This document shows, piece by piece, positions 39,001-47,109 of a stretch of 64,000 bases of DNA. Each line of letters starts with the position of its first letter. Position 1 is the stretch's first letter. The stretch is taken from the IMG/VR virus record IMGVR_UViG_3300042350_004191, positions 124,001-188,000 of that record. One strand, given 5' to 3'. The translations under genes and the position numbers were made by a program. Under the pieces are notes generated by a model. It did no database searches and had not been told where the DNA came from. It worked only from the letters and a program-made list of their open reading frames with translations.

Positions 39001-39548
39001 TCCCATCCACTGTGAGTACGTGTTCCCCCGTCCCTAGATGCATAAAAAGTTCCACCTGATGTAGTGGTTCCAGATGAAAGAGGGCTACCATCTACTTGTA
39101 CATATTGGTCTAAATCAGTTCTTTCAAAAAATCCTCTACCAACTTGTTTAATATCATAATGGCCTATTTTATTACGGGGTGATCCTATTTTTCCTTGTAT
39201 ATAAGCACCTTTTTGTGGATCTGTTACAGGAAAAGTTCTACCAGCATATGTGTCAGTTATACCTGTATTTGGATTATATGTCGCAGAAGTACCTCCACCA
39301 AATATAGGACTAGCACATTCAGCCCAAGGTAAAACAGTTTTTAATTCTTCTACTAATTCAGGAGTTAATGAACCAGAATCATGAATATGTTTGAAATTTT
39401 TGTTACTTAAATCTTTATTCCAACCAGCATGTAAAGTATTTGTTAAATAAGGAATCCATATTTGTACACGGCCTCTGAATTCTGGATCTTTATTATTAAC
39501 AACAATTCCTAAATGATTACCATAAATTGGTTCTTTTGAGAGACTCAT
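36087..39548 (-). CDS. 5: Baseplate central spike gp5-like protein with inserted peptidoglycan-active domains
   Basis: Gp5 OB fold GIVVNNKDPEFRGRVQIWIP...LPWAE...IPFPGAKVFVFFLAGDIQKPIYF; beta-helix-like repeats; M23-like HSGWD and 3D-like IAVP...SD..G...IDMY inserts. Confidence 0.82.
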   Translation of the reverse strand: MSLSKEPIYGNHLGIVVNNKDPEFRGRVQIWIPYLTNTLHAGWNKDLSNKNFKHIHDSGSLTPELVEELKTVLPWAECASPIFGGGTSATYNPNTGITDTYAGRTFPVTDPQKGAYIQGKIGSPRNKIGHYDIKQVGRGFFERTDLDQYVQVDGSPLSSGTTTSGGTFYASRDGGTRTHSGWDFAFGNRQAALTLSNGARWVDNSSMTFKNGEVGDRATFELPDGRRFEILHGKFDPNYGGDITQPSESVAGTTVNPHSTATEGSLEVKDATTTESPEVQGSFVADKVFQYTTVGDETTDSWTSKGYSSQGQNLTPGIIAVPQNNKFLPVGTVIRDTRTNYVYIVSDVHGNSNQGSTIDMYVDRSTYNVNNTVSNVNFEVLGRESTIGKSAEDVKAQLAKYGTVPPGASAAEDLIAAGKGDVLEGKTGYAAARGGSQTSPNPNFHAPITDPGLAGDQASGMISIPFPGAKVFVFFLAGDIQKPIYFANSLEPETMKKMIQTGSDSVIGLDVDSARVGNVFASGPVKMSMTDTKLKDGNLITDTSSFEVLARGSGLMVHGAGTSLVAQDTLNIQSRADAFTSLGGSYNARIGTTSHTDVESDIFINAGRMTDKEIAAIEKLKTITETVQKEKVEQIKNTAKSGEKVPCPLCSTSYAVDRASSFAKRAFNFLRNLLPPYFSYAIDVFQFLLGLILVPFTSVVPGHVLGKCGNPDCDKGEIPSPQKPIENANKEAAKKLSSKQKEIADAEQQLGNGGSFTVTASKDVVISAGLPGGMNDAPCYAETVNKSVSVGTQTKSNDGQTIAQRHKSAEIKNVVYTPPINLPGNLMLRGGNSVQIVAGAAGIELNTKGRLKLNCGSVELLASDGEMVFGSKNHTTLKGRVVTIDANDRTNKGGVEINSPTMVCKGFSATGNVGVVGGMRLDGELSVPFLNTVGQRTQSDQGSSPDQRIPFTTWATGPAQTNDILNTVRTALTHYAMPGAMLNLTNIVKAVMQIYNTIYINTVIEPVPTGLYLGFCCNAAGPGVSWGWIWNWHHNQLEDPKPHHHDYTQPKGNYYDDVQGVRNSAVEPGPIPTKARSNGQGPDGGPKTLAGCGGFGGWGGGSGGRRFNYNKMNSFGIGDKVPGFTNTRLQSSNIRFKRLPDGNIDIIVDDTKC

Positions 39549-39552
39549 AATA

Positions 39553-41259
39553 TTATGTTCCAGTTGTATTGGAATCTAATCCAAAATTATTTGTAGGTGT
39601 ACCAAAATCACTCGGAGAACCAGCTAATGTTTTTGCGACATTATAAACACCTTCATTTATATAATTTTTACCTTTAACTAAATCTCTACCCATATTATCC
39701 AACGATCTTTGAACATTACCTCTAAATTCTGTTAAAAATTCTGGCATTACTACATTTCTGGAGGGGGAATTTGGGTCGAATAATTGTACTTGTCCAGTTA
39801 TTCCATATTTTCTAAATACCGCTGCTAAAGGATATAAAACAGGTGCTTGTGAACCAAACTGGTTTAAAAGACCGCCCATAACATCGCCTTTTAGATAATA
39901 AGCCATGTATGTATATCCATACTCCGATAAAACAGAACCCAAATAACCTAAAGGATCATTTCCTACACTGTTAACAATATTCATTATATTTTGTACTTCT
40001 TCAGGCAAGTAAGATGTCAAACTTCCGACTGGATCTGATAAAAATTCAGTTATTTCTGGGGCAATACCAAATTCTTCCAAAATGTCTGATATTTTAAGAG
40101 AACTTGAAAACCATTGCGTAAACATAGTTAAATCTCCAGCGAAAATAGATATAATATCCAAAATGAAACATATAATTTCCAAAGGTATAATTCTATCCAG
40201 TAAAGTTAATAACCATTGCATAATAACACCAGCAATTGAATCTAGTGCAGCAACAAATTCTTTCACTAATTTTAATGCTCCTTGATAAATTTCATTTATC
40301 ATTTGAGCTATGTATGCCACCACTCCTGTTATATAGTTAATAGCATATTGAATAGAACCTAATACACCAGCAGGAAGTGCTAAATATGCTTTTCCTTTTA
40401 AAACATTTATATATTTTTCTAATTCTTCTGTAAATTTTGGATGAATTTTATTTAATGCTTGTTCTAGTAAAGACGGAACTTGTTTTTCAGAACCAGTCAT
40501 TGGATTGTTAGGTAAATTATCAGTACTAGAAACAAGAGTGTTTCCTATTGCTCCTATGTCTTCGAAAAATTTATTTTTATATGCTGGTGTTTTTTTAAAA
40601 ATAGCTTGTAAGGTTGGATTATAATATCCTTTAGTGATAGCATTACCTCTATACCACATGTACATTAACATGTTACCTTCTATTGATACTGGCTGATCTT
40701 TTAAATTTCGATTTACACTACTTTGAATTGTTTTACCCGCTGCTGCTGCACCATTTAACAAAAGATAAACCCATGCTGACAATAAATTATAATTCGTACC
40801 AGTTAATGATGATGCTAATACACAAAGATCGTTTAATGTCAATCCCGCCGCTCTACCTACAGTATCATAATCTATAGATATTATTTCTCCCGTAGTACCT
40901 GTTTTGGTTTCAAATTGTGTTCTTGTTCCTTGATTTAAAGATTTAGCAGTTTCGGGTGTAACTCCCCTAGGAGCATCTGGATCTTCAGGACCCGGCGCAG
41001 ACCCCACTGCCAATCTACCACCACCAGATACTGCATCAAAGTCATCTTGTGAGATCAATTCATTAGACCAGTCCATAGGAGATTCAAAACCACCGCTTGA
41101 ACTAGATCCTGATGTATCTACAGTAGGCCCTGTTGAGGCCGAAGTTTGGGTTATTCCACGACCATATTGTGATCGATCCCCTGATGTAACAATAGGACCT
41201 CCTTGCGAAGTTACATCTTCAGCAGTAGTTGGTAATGGAATTATTTTATTATCGCCCAT
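39553..41259 (-). CDS. Putative virion protein with long hydrophobic helical region
   Basis: 568 aa; Gly/Ser/Thr-rich N-terminus; hydrophobic aa ~295-385; exact TATAAATA 7 nt upstream. Confidence 0.6.
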   Translation of the reverse strand: MGDNKIIPLPTTAEDVTSQGGPIVTSGDRSQYGRGITQTSASTGPTVDTSGSSSSGGFESPMDWSNELISQDDFDAVSGGGRLAVGSAPGPEDPDAPRGVTPETAKSLNQGTRTQFETKTGTTGEIISIDYDTVGRAAGLTLNDLCVLASSLTGTNYNLLSAWVYLLLNGAAAAGKTIQSSVNRNLKDQPVSIEGNMLMYMWYRGNAITKGYYNPTLQAIFKKTPAYKNKFFEDIGAIGNTLVSSTDNLPNNPMTGSEKQVPSLLEQALNKIHPKFTEELEKYINVLKGKAYLALPAGVLGSIQYAINYITGVVAYIAQMINEIYQGALKLVKEFVAALDSIAGVIMQWLLTLLDRIIPLEIICFILDIISIFAGDLTMFTQWFSSSLKISDILEEFGIAPEITEFLSDPVGSLTSYLPEEVQNIMNIVNSVGNDPLGYLGSVLSEYGYTYMAYYLKGDVMGGLLNQFGSQAPVLYPLAAVFRKYGITGQVQLFDPNSPSRNVVMPEFLTEFRGNVQRSLDNMGRDLVKGKNYINEGVYNVAKTLAGSPSDFGTPTNNFGLDSNTTGT

Positions 41260-41266
41260 TTAAGAA

Positions 41267-41274
41267 TATTTATA
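41267..41274 (-). promoter_or_regulatory. T4-type late promoter TATAAATA
   Basis: Exact consensus on - strand, 7 nt from ATG 41259. Confidence 0.7.
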
Positions 41275-41288
41275 ATATAAAAATGGGA

Positions 41289-41600
41289 TTACCACTTACC
41301 AACAGGACACTTTTCAGCTTTCAAATAAGTTTTAACAGACAAATAACAACCACATTTTTGACATCTTTGTGCTTCAGCAGAAAAAAATTCACAACCTTGA
41401 CAAATTGATAATCTTCTATTAGCCTCTGCTGGATCTATTCTTAAAGCATTTCCTTGAGCAACGCTTGCTGCATTTCTAACAACGCTTTGAGCAGCATTAG
41501 CAGCCATTCTACCTAAAGAAGGCATCTGTGGCTTATTGGAAGACTGTAATTGTCTTAATCTCGTCTGTTCTAATCTTTGTTTTAAATAATCAGGATTCAT
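41289..41600 (-). CDS. Small Cys-rich protein (DUF6171-like)
   Basis: RRLSICQGC...RCQKCGCYLSVKT...CPVGKW. Confidence 0.7.
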   Translation of the reverse strand: MNPDYLKQRLEQTRLRQLQSSNKPQMPSLGRMAANAAQSVVRNAASVAQGNALRIDPAEANRRLSICQGCEFFSAEAQRCQKCGCYLSVKTYLKAEKCPVGKW

Positions 41601-41603
41601 AAA

Positions 41604-43229
41604 TTACCAATTTTTATCGTCTAAAACAGACCAATGGTTATGTAAACCATCGATTTTATTTGCATAAACGTCTGTAATGTATTTACTACTATCGAAATAA
41701 TGTACAACTTTATTAATGAGCCATTGTCCCAAAAACTTATCATCAAATGCATTTTTATCGGATGAGTCTGATCTGTCGATAAACAAAAATGTACCGGGTT
41801 GTCTTAGCGTCAATCCTTCTGTTTGAAAATATAATGCTTGATTTAAAAATATTGCATCTTTTAACATTTTTACCATCATCATGTCAGGTGGACCTTGTGT
41901 GTAAAATGCATTTTCTACACTCAAACCTTCCAATTTAGTTTTGTTTATATTTAACCAAATCTGATTTGGTCCATTTGTATTGTTCAAGAAAGAATACAAT
42001 CCTTTTTTTCCTAATGTCTCTAAATTTTCAAATATTTTTTCGGCTTTATTTTCTTCAAAATGAATACTGTATGTTCCCGTATTAAAATCCATTGTATGTG
42101 TTGGTCTATTAATTAAACGCATATCATCCACAGGAGCCATAGCTGCAAATTTATAGTTTTTCATCACAGATGTTCTTCCAGAAAAAATATTTAAAATCTT
42201 TTCATTATTATCATCAAATAAAGCAGCCCTAGCAATATAGGCTAATGTTTGTGGTTCCAGTCCGTCTTGAAGAGTCATTCTTTCAATTTGTTTGGCTTTT
42301 GAAAAAATATCACTTAATGATATTAATGACCATTTTTTATTATATCTATCTAATCTTAAAAACACTGGATCATTATCGAACCCTTTAGCATAAGACATCA
42401 TAAATTTTATGTCATCTATTGTTTTTGCGTTTGCTGGTGACGTATAAAACACAAGATTATTAGGGTCGTTAGTATTTGTTATATTCCAATTATCCTCATC
42501 AATATTATCAAAAGGTAAATTTGGGTTGTCAATAGAACCGCCGCTATCAAAACCTACTTTTAATTCACTAGTTTGTTCTTTTCCTAGAGTAAAATCGTTA
42601 CATGCGGCAGTTTTTATAATAGATTTAATTGATTCGTTAGGATTCCACTTTCTTTCTATGTCTGTAAGATAAGAAACAGAAACATTCCTCTGCTTTGCAA
42701 TATCGTTTGCTGGTCCATGAGTAGACGTTGACCATGGAATATTTCTTTCTGATAAAATTTGATATCTTTCATCTATAAAATAAATTTTTTTAAGTTTGGC
42801 TGTAGCTGAATTAGTTTCAATATCTTCAACATCATATACAACAAAATCATAATCCATTGTCCATGTTTCAGGTTTTATTAAAGGATTTCCATTAGATAAT
42901 GTTTCTATTTTGATATTAATACGGTTTCTACCATCGTGTCTAAAAACAAAAAAAGCATCTGTGCTTGTAGTATTTTGATTTTTCTCGGTATCTGATACTG
43001 TTTTAGCTGTGGTAGATCTTTCTATTACTTCAAAATCGTTTTTTAATATAATCCAACCTTTTGTCCACCAATTTGTTAAACTTTCTTCTATAACCAAACT
43101 ATCTACAATCTTGAACGGAAGGCTTAAAGGTTTTTTTGTTACAGTATTGAAAAAAACAATTCTTATGAGATAATATTGGTCTTTTATTAAGACAATATCA
43201 CCTTTATTTTTATTTAATTCTCCAGCCAT
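41604..43229 (-). CDS. Baseplate hub protein, gp27-like
   Basis: LVIEESL..W.KGWIIL at N-terminus, GLTLRQPG...FLGQWLINKVVHYF at C-terminus; near gp5. Confidence 0.6.
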   Translation of the reverse strand: MAGELNKNKGDIVLIKDQYYLIRIVFFNTVTKKPLSLPFKIVDSLVIEESLTNWWTKGWIILKNDFEVIERSTTAKTVSDTEKNQNTTSTDAFFVFRHDGRNRINIKIETLSNGNPLIKPETWTMDYDFVVYDVEDIETNSATAKLKKIYFIDERYQILSERNIPWSTSTHGPANDIAKQRNVSVSYLTDIERKWNPNESIKSIIKTAACNDFTLGKEQTSELKVGFDSGGSIDNPNLPFDNIDEDNWNITNTNDPNNLVFYTSPANAKTIDDIKFMMSYAKGFDNDPVFLRLDRYNKKWSLISLSDIFSKAKQIERMTLQDGLEPQTLAYIARAALFDDNNEKILNIFSGRTSVMKNYKFAAMAPVDDMRLINRPTHTMDFNTGTYSIHFEENKAEKIFENLETLGKKGLYSFLNNTNGPNQIWLNINKTKLEGLSVENAFYTQGPPDMMMVKMLKDAIFLNQALYFQTEGLTLRQPGTFLFIDRSDSSDKNAFDDKFLGQWLINKVVHYFDSSKYITDVYANKIDGLHNHWSVLDDKNW

Positions 43230-43232
43230 ATT

Positions 43233-43838
43233 TTATTTGCATACATTTTCATTCACATTAGACTCCAAGCTAACATTGATTTGATTATAACTGAAAGATG
43301 CTGTGCTTGTAATTTCGACACCATCTTGATGTGAATAATTAATTCCACCCAAAGAAGTTATAAATGCTCCTTCATATTCAAATCTTATAAGTTTTCTATT
43401 ATATTCATCTAATGTTATAATTGTTAATGTCGTAGTATAATCAGGAAATTGATTTTCTAATTCTAACTCTGGATTTGGTGGGACTTCGGCTGATCTTAAA
43501 ATTTCACTAGAAGAATTTCTAGAATCATTAAAAAGATTTAACCAATTCCAAAGAATATAATAATTATGATACCCGTTATCTATAAAAAATCTAATATCCA
43601 TTGATGGATAATCTGGTCTTGAGAAAGAACTGGTTTTATAAGTTTGTCCACCGTATCCTAAACTTATAGACGGAATACTAATATCAGGTACTGACATGTT
43701 GTATATACTCAATTGAACTTTATCGTCATTAAAATCAGATTTTAATTTAGGATCATAAAGATTGTCTAATGCTTTGGGTAAAGCAAAAAGAAATATAAAT
43801 TTATCGTTTCTAGACTTGTTTAAAATAGATTGGTTCAT
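43233..43838 (-). CDS. 3: Tail tube terminator/completion protein gp3-like
   Basis: SVPDISIP, MDIRFFIDNGYHNYYILWNWL, FEYEGAFITSLGGINYS, ASFSY tube fold. Confidence 0.7.
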   Translation of the reverse strand: MNQSILNKSRNDKFIFLFALPKALDNLYDPKLKSDFNDDKVQLSIYNMSVPDISIPSISLGYGGQTYKTSSFSRPDYPSMDIRFFIDNGYHNYYILWNWLNLFNDSRNSSSEILRSAEVPPNPELELENQFPDYTTTLTIITLDEYNRKLIRFEYEGAFITSLGGINYSHQDGVEITSTASFSYNQINVSLESNVNENVCK

Positions 43839-43841
43839 ATA

Positions 43842-45677
43842 TTAAAATAAAATAACAGGAGAATTGTTTTCTTCATTTAAAGAATTTTCCGTTTTTTCTC
43901 CATCTTTATTACTTATATTAGGTTTACCGTCCCAAAGGTTACTAATCCAATTAAATAGTTCCATTTGATCATTTGTTGTTGGTCCAATTTCATCTTGTCC
44001 TATAAAGGATAATGGTCTATAATTGTTTTCTGTTTTTTTATAAAGACTACTTTTACCTAAAAATAAAGAACTCTTTTTTATTAGCTCAGAATTGTTTACA
44101 AATGGTTTAATTTTTAGTGGTCTACCTTGATCATCAACATCATGAATATAAAAATATTTTTCTACTATAGAAGGATCTAAAATGAAAAGACACCAAATTA
44201 AAGCAAAAACTCTGTCATCAAAATCATCATTTGTTCTTTTACTATATGTATAGTTTGGGTGTTGAATAAAGTTATTAATTTCTAAAAGTGTATCTAAATC
44301 ATAAAACTCAACAGCATTTAGAGAATTTATCCAATATCTAAGATTTGCAGTTCCTCTATATTTTGTATTAGTATGACTATGTATTCCTAGTCTATTATCA
44401 TTTTTATAAAATTTGCTCATACCTTCGCTATAGTATGATACAATATTTTCATAATTATGAATTTTACCTAAAACATCTAAAACCTGTTGACCACTATTAT
44501 TGTTTTCAATTAACACAGGAGGTCTTCCCCAATCGTCTAAAATACCCATTAAACGTGTACCGAAATGATATGGACTAATTTCATTATTAGCATAAATGGC
44601 TGCTTGTTTTATGTTGGTCAAATCCGAAACGTTCATAATCTGGACAACAGTATTTGATCTACCTATACCTTCACCTACGTCTACGCCCACTACATAAAAA
44701 TCATTTTCTTTAGGAAAATCGAATATTTTATATGAACCTTCGTCTAAAATTAAAACAGGCTCTTTACATTTAGCTTTTAATTCTTCTAAAAGTTTTGTAT
44801 CAATAACAGCTTTACCTTTTGTAAAAAATTGATTTCCAAATTCTTGTTCAAAATCTTGTTCAGAACCTAATTGAGCTATAGTTGAGCGTTTCCATTCTTC
44901 ATCTCTACCGGGCACATCCCACCAATCAACTCTTTCTAAATTCCAATCATTATTTTCTTTTAATGATTCTTGATATATTTCGTAAAATTTATTATCTGTC
45001 CCGTTAGGTGTACTAATAACAATTATTTGTGAGTTTTTAGAAGATGAAATAATAGGTATTGCAGACTTCCACAATTCTTTCATAACTTCATTTGGACAAT
45101 GTGCCATCTCATCGATAAGAAGAAGATTGCTAGTAGATCCGCGAGGTCCAGCACTTGATGTTGTGCTGACTTGTATAGCAGAACCATTACCTAAAGCAAA
45201 TCCGTTTTTTCTCCAAGACTTAACTGGTGGTTTTAAATATAAAGGCAATTCTTCAAATGCCATTTTAATACGTGCAAAAATTTCTTCAGCAGTATCGGCT
45301 TTGTTTGCAACTATAGTAATTCTTTTGTCATCAAAAAAACAAGTAAGCCATAATGCATAAATTGTTATAGTTGTAGTTTTTCCACTCTGACGGCTTGATA
45401 ATATAATGTTAAATCTATTAGATTTATAAGATTTTAATAATCTTTTTTGGTATTTATAAAGTTCAATTTTTCTTCTACCCTCATCAAGAGTTAATATAAA
45501 AAAATGATTTTCAGCAAAATGGAGAATACTTTTTCTGCATAAACGCAGATCGTCTTCCATTTCTTTTGTCCACTTTAATGTAGCATTTCCTCTTAAAAGG
45601 TTTTCATTACCTTTATAAAATGCTGCATCTACCAAAATGTCATCTGGATCTACAGGTTTTACATTTGTTTTTGGCAT
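43842..45677 (-). CDS. 17: Terminase large subunit gp17
   Basis: LYKYQ, SSRQSGKTT, LLIDEMAH, ISTPNG, WWDVPGRD, FEQEF, GVDVGEG, DDRVFAL. Confidence 0.96.
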   Translation of the reverse strand: MPKTNVKPVDPDDILVDAAFYKGNENLLRGNATLKWTKEMEDDLRLCRKSILHFAENHFFILTLDEGRRKIELYKYQKRLLKSYKSNRFNIILSSRQSGKTTTITIYALWLTCFFDDKRITIVANKADTAEEIFARIKMAFEELPLYLKPPVKSWRKNGFALGNGSAIQVSTTSSAGPRGSTSNLLLIDEMAHCPNEVMKELWKSAIPIISSSKNSQIIVISTPNGTDNKFYEIYQESLKENNDWNLERVDWWDVPGRDEEWKRSTIAQLGSEQDFEQEFGNQFFTKGKAVIDTKLLEELKAKCKEPVLILDEGSYKIFDFPKENDFYVVGVDVGEGIGRSNTVVQIMNVSDLTNIKQAAIYANNEISPYHFGTRLMGILDDWGRPPVLIENNNSGQQVLDVLGKIHNYENIVSYYSEGMSKFYKNDNRLGIHSHTNTKYRGTANLRYWINSLNAVEFYDLDTLLEINNFIQHPNYTYSKRTNDDFDDRVFALIWCLFILDPSIVEKYFYIHDVDDQGRPLKIKPFVNNSELIKKSSLFLGKSSLYKKTENNYRPLSFIGQDEIGPTTNDQMELFNWISNLWDGKPNISNKDGEKTENSLNEENNSPVILF

Positions 45678-45682
45678 GATTT

Positions 45683-46036
45683 TTATTTATTAATTTGTTT
45701 TGATATTTCAGCCAGAACTACCCCAACGTAATTGGGTCTTAAATATTTTATAAGCGTTTTTGATTTTATTTTCTCAAAGGGGTCTAAAACACTATTATAT
45801 AAACATATTAACCACCACAAATTCATATTACCATAAATTCTATGAGATATGGAGTACCATGTATCAGTGTAGTCTGATATATATTCTCCTTCCAATTCAC
45901 TGTTATTTGACGGGAAAATTGATATATTTTTTAATAAATTAAAAAAACGAAACCCTTGGTCATTTTCGTATATATTAAAAAAATTTTCGTAACTAAAAGA
46001 ACTACTATTAATTTCTGGTATATCTGTTTTTCTCAT
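45683..46036 (-). CDS. 53: Baseplate wedge gp53-like (LysM-like)
   Basis: DTWYSISHRIYGNMNLWWLICLYNSVLDPF. Confidence 0.75.
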   Translation of the reverse strand: MRKTDIPEINSSSFSYENFFNIYENDQGFRFFNLLKNISIFPSNNSELEGEYISDYTDTWYSISHRIYGNMNLWWLICLYNSVLDPFEKIKSKTLIKYLRPNYVGVVLAEISKQINK

Positions 46037-46050
46037 TTTAATTATTAACC

Positions 46051-47109
46051 TTATTCAGGTCCACCTCTTGTATTTGGTCCACCCCCAAAAGGATTAGTTC
46101 CAACTACTTCCACTTTAGCACCACCAACAGCCCCTTGGAAAATATTGGTACTTTGTGGTAACATTTCCTGTAATGTTATATTAACATCATATGCCTCTGG
46201 TACTAGTACGGTTTTACCGGGTATTATATCATCGGTGATTTGTCTAACAGTTCCTATATTATTAATTTTTAATTCTCTCATATATGCTATAGGCATATAT
46301 ACACCATTCATACCTTCACAAGATACTGTATATACTGATGGTGGAACATATGTAACAAGGGATGTTCTGTTTTTTAGATTTTGATAAGTCAATAGTATGG
46401 TAAAGTAAAAATTATCTATTGTAGATTGAATATTAAAAGTATTATATAAAGGAAATCTTATATTAAGTGTCATACAATTGGTAGTAGAAAAGGTATAGAT
46501 GGGATCTACTTCTATACCTGGTGTTAGAAAACCAGCCGCACCACCTATTGCTCCACCAAAAAATTGAGAAAGTTTAGAATTAGGTGCTCCGGTACTACTG
46601 CTACTACTTCTCGGTGAAAACCCCTTATTATCATTCCAAGTATTTGTTATACTTCTCAAATTACTACCGCTATTTAACAACCATGGTATTCTGTATTTGA
46701 ATGGACTGTTATTTTGTTCTATAACATACAATTGAGCATATGGCTCAGACATAGCTGCTTCAAAAGATTCGTTTTGTGCAGTGTCGATAACATTTCTAAA
46801 AGTATTAATAACATTAGATATTGTTGCAGCTATTCCTCTCATGGCTAAAGTTTTTTCTTCTAAAATCAAGGACGGAACTTCATTTAGTACGGAATCATCT
46901 TGTGCTTCTGAAGAATTTCTCCATTTAAAACCATTTCTAATGTCTACCATGTTACCATTAGATCTTAGTCTAATTCTTTTTAAAAAATTAGTTACTGCTG
47001 TATCACCTGATCCAGCAAGTGTTTCTGAATATTTTTCTAAAGTAAACAAATTATTTTGTTGACTTACAGCACTTTCAAACAAGGAATAATCTTTATCAAA
47101 ATCTGCCAT
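46051..47109 (-). CDS. Baseplate/tail tube junction protein, gp48-like
   Basis: FPLYNT, YVPPSVYTV, PEAYDVNITLQE; between tape measure and gp53. Confidence 0.55.
   Translation of the reverse strand: MADFDKDYSLFESAVSQQNNLFTLEKYSETLAGSGDTAVTNFLKRIRLRSNGNMVDIRNGFKWRNSSEAQDDSVLNEVPSLILEEKTLAMRGIAATISNVINTFRNVIDTAQNESFEAAMSEPYAQLYVIEQNNSPFKYRIPWLLNSGSNLRSITNTWNDNKGFSPRSSSSSTGAPNSKLSQFFGGAIGGAAGFLTPGIEVDPIYTFSTTNCMTLNIRFPLYNTFNIQSTIDNFYFTILLTYQNLKNRTSLVTYVPPSVYTVSCEGMNGVYMPIAYMRELKINNIGTVRQITDDIIPGKTVLVPEAYDVNITLQEMLPQSTNIFQGAVGGAKVEVVGTNPFGGGPNTRGGPE

Noticed and set aside
24133-45677. Inteins or self-splicing introns in polymerase, UvsX, helicase or terminase
   Set aside because: Lengths and motif spacing are normal; no intein termini or homing endonuclease motifs seen
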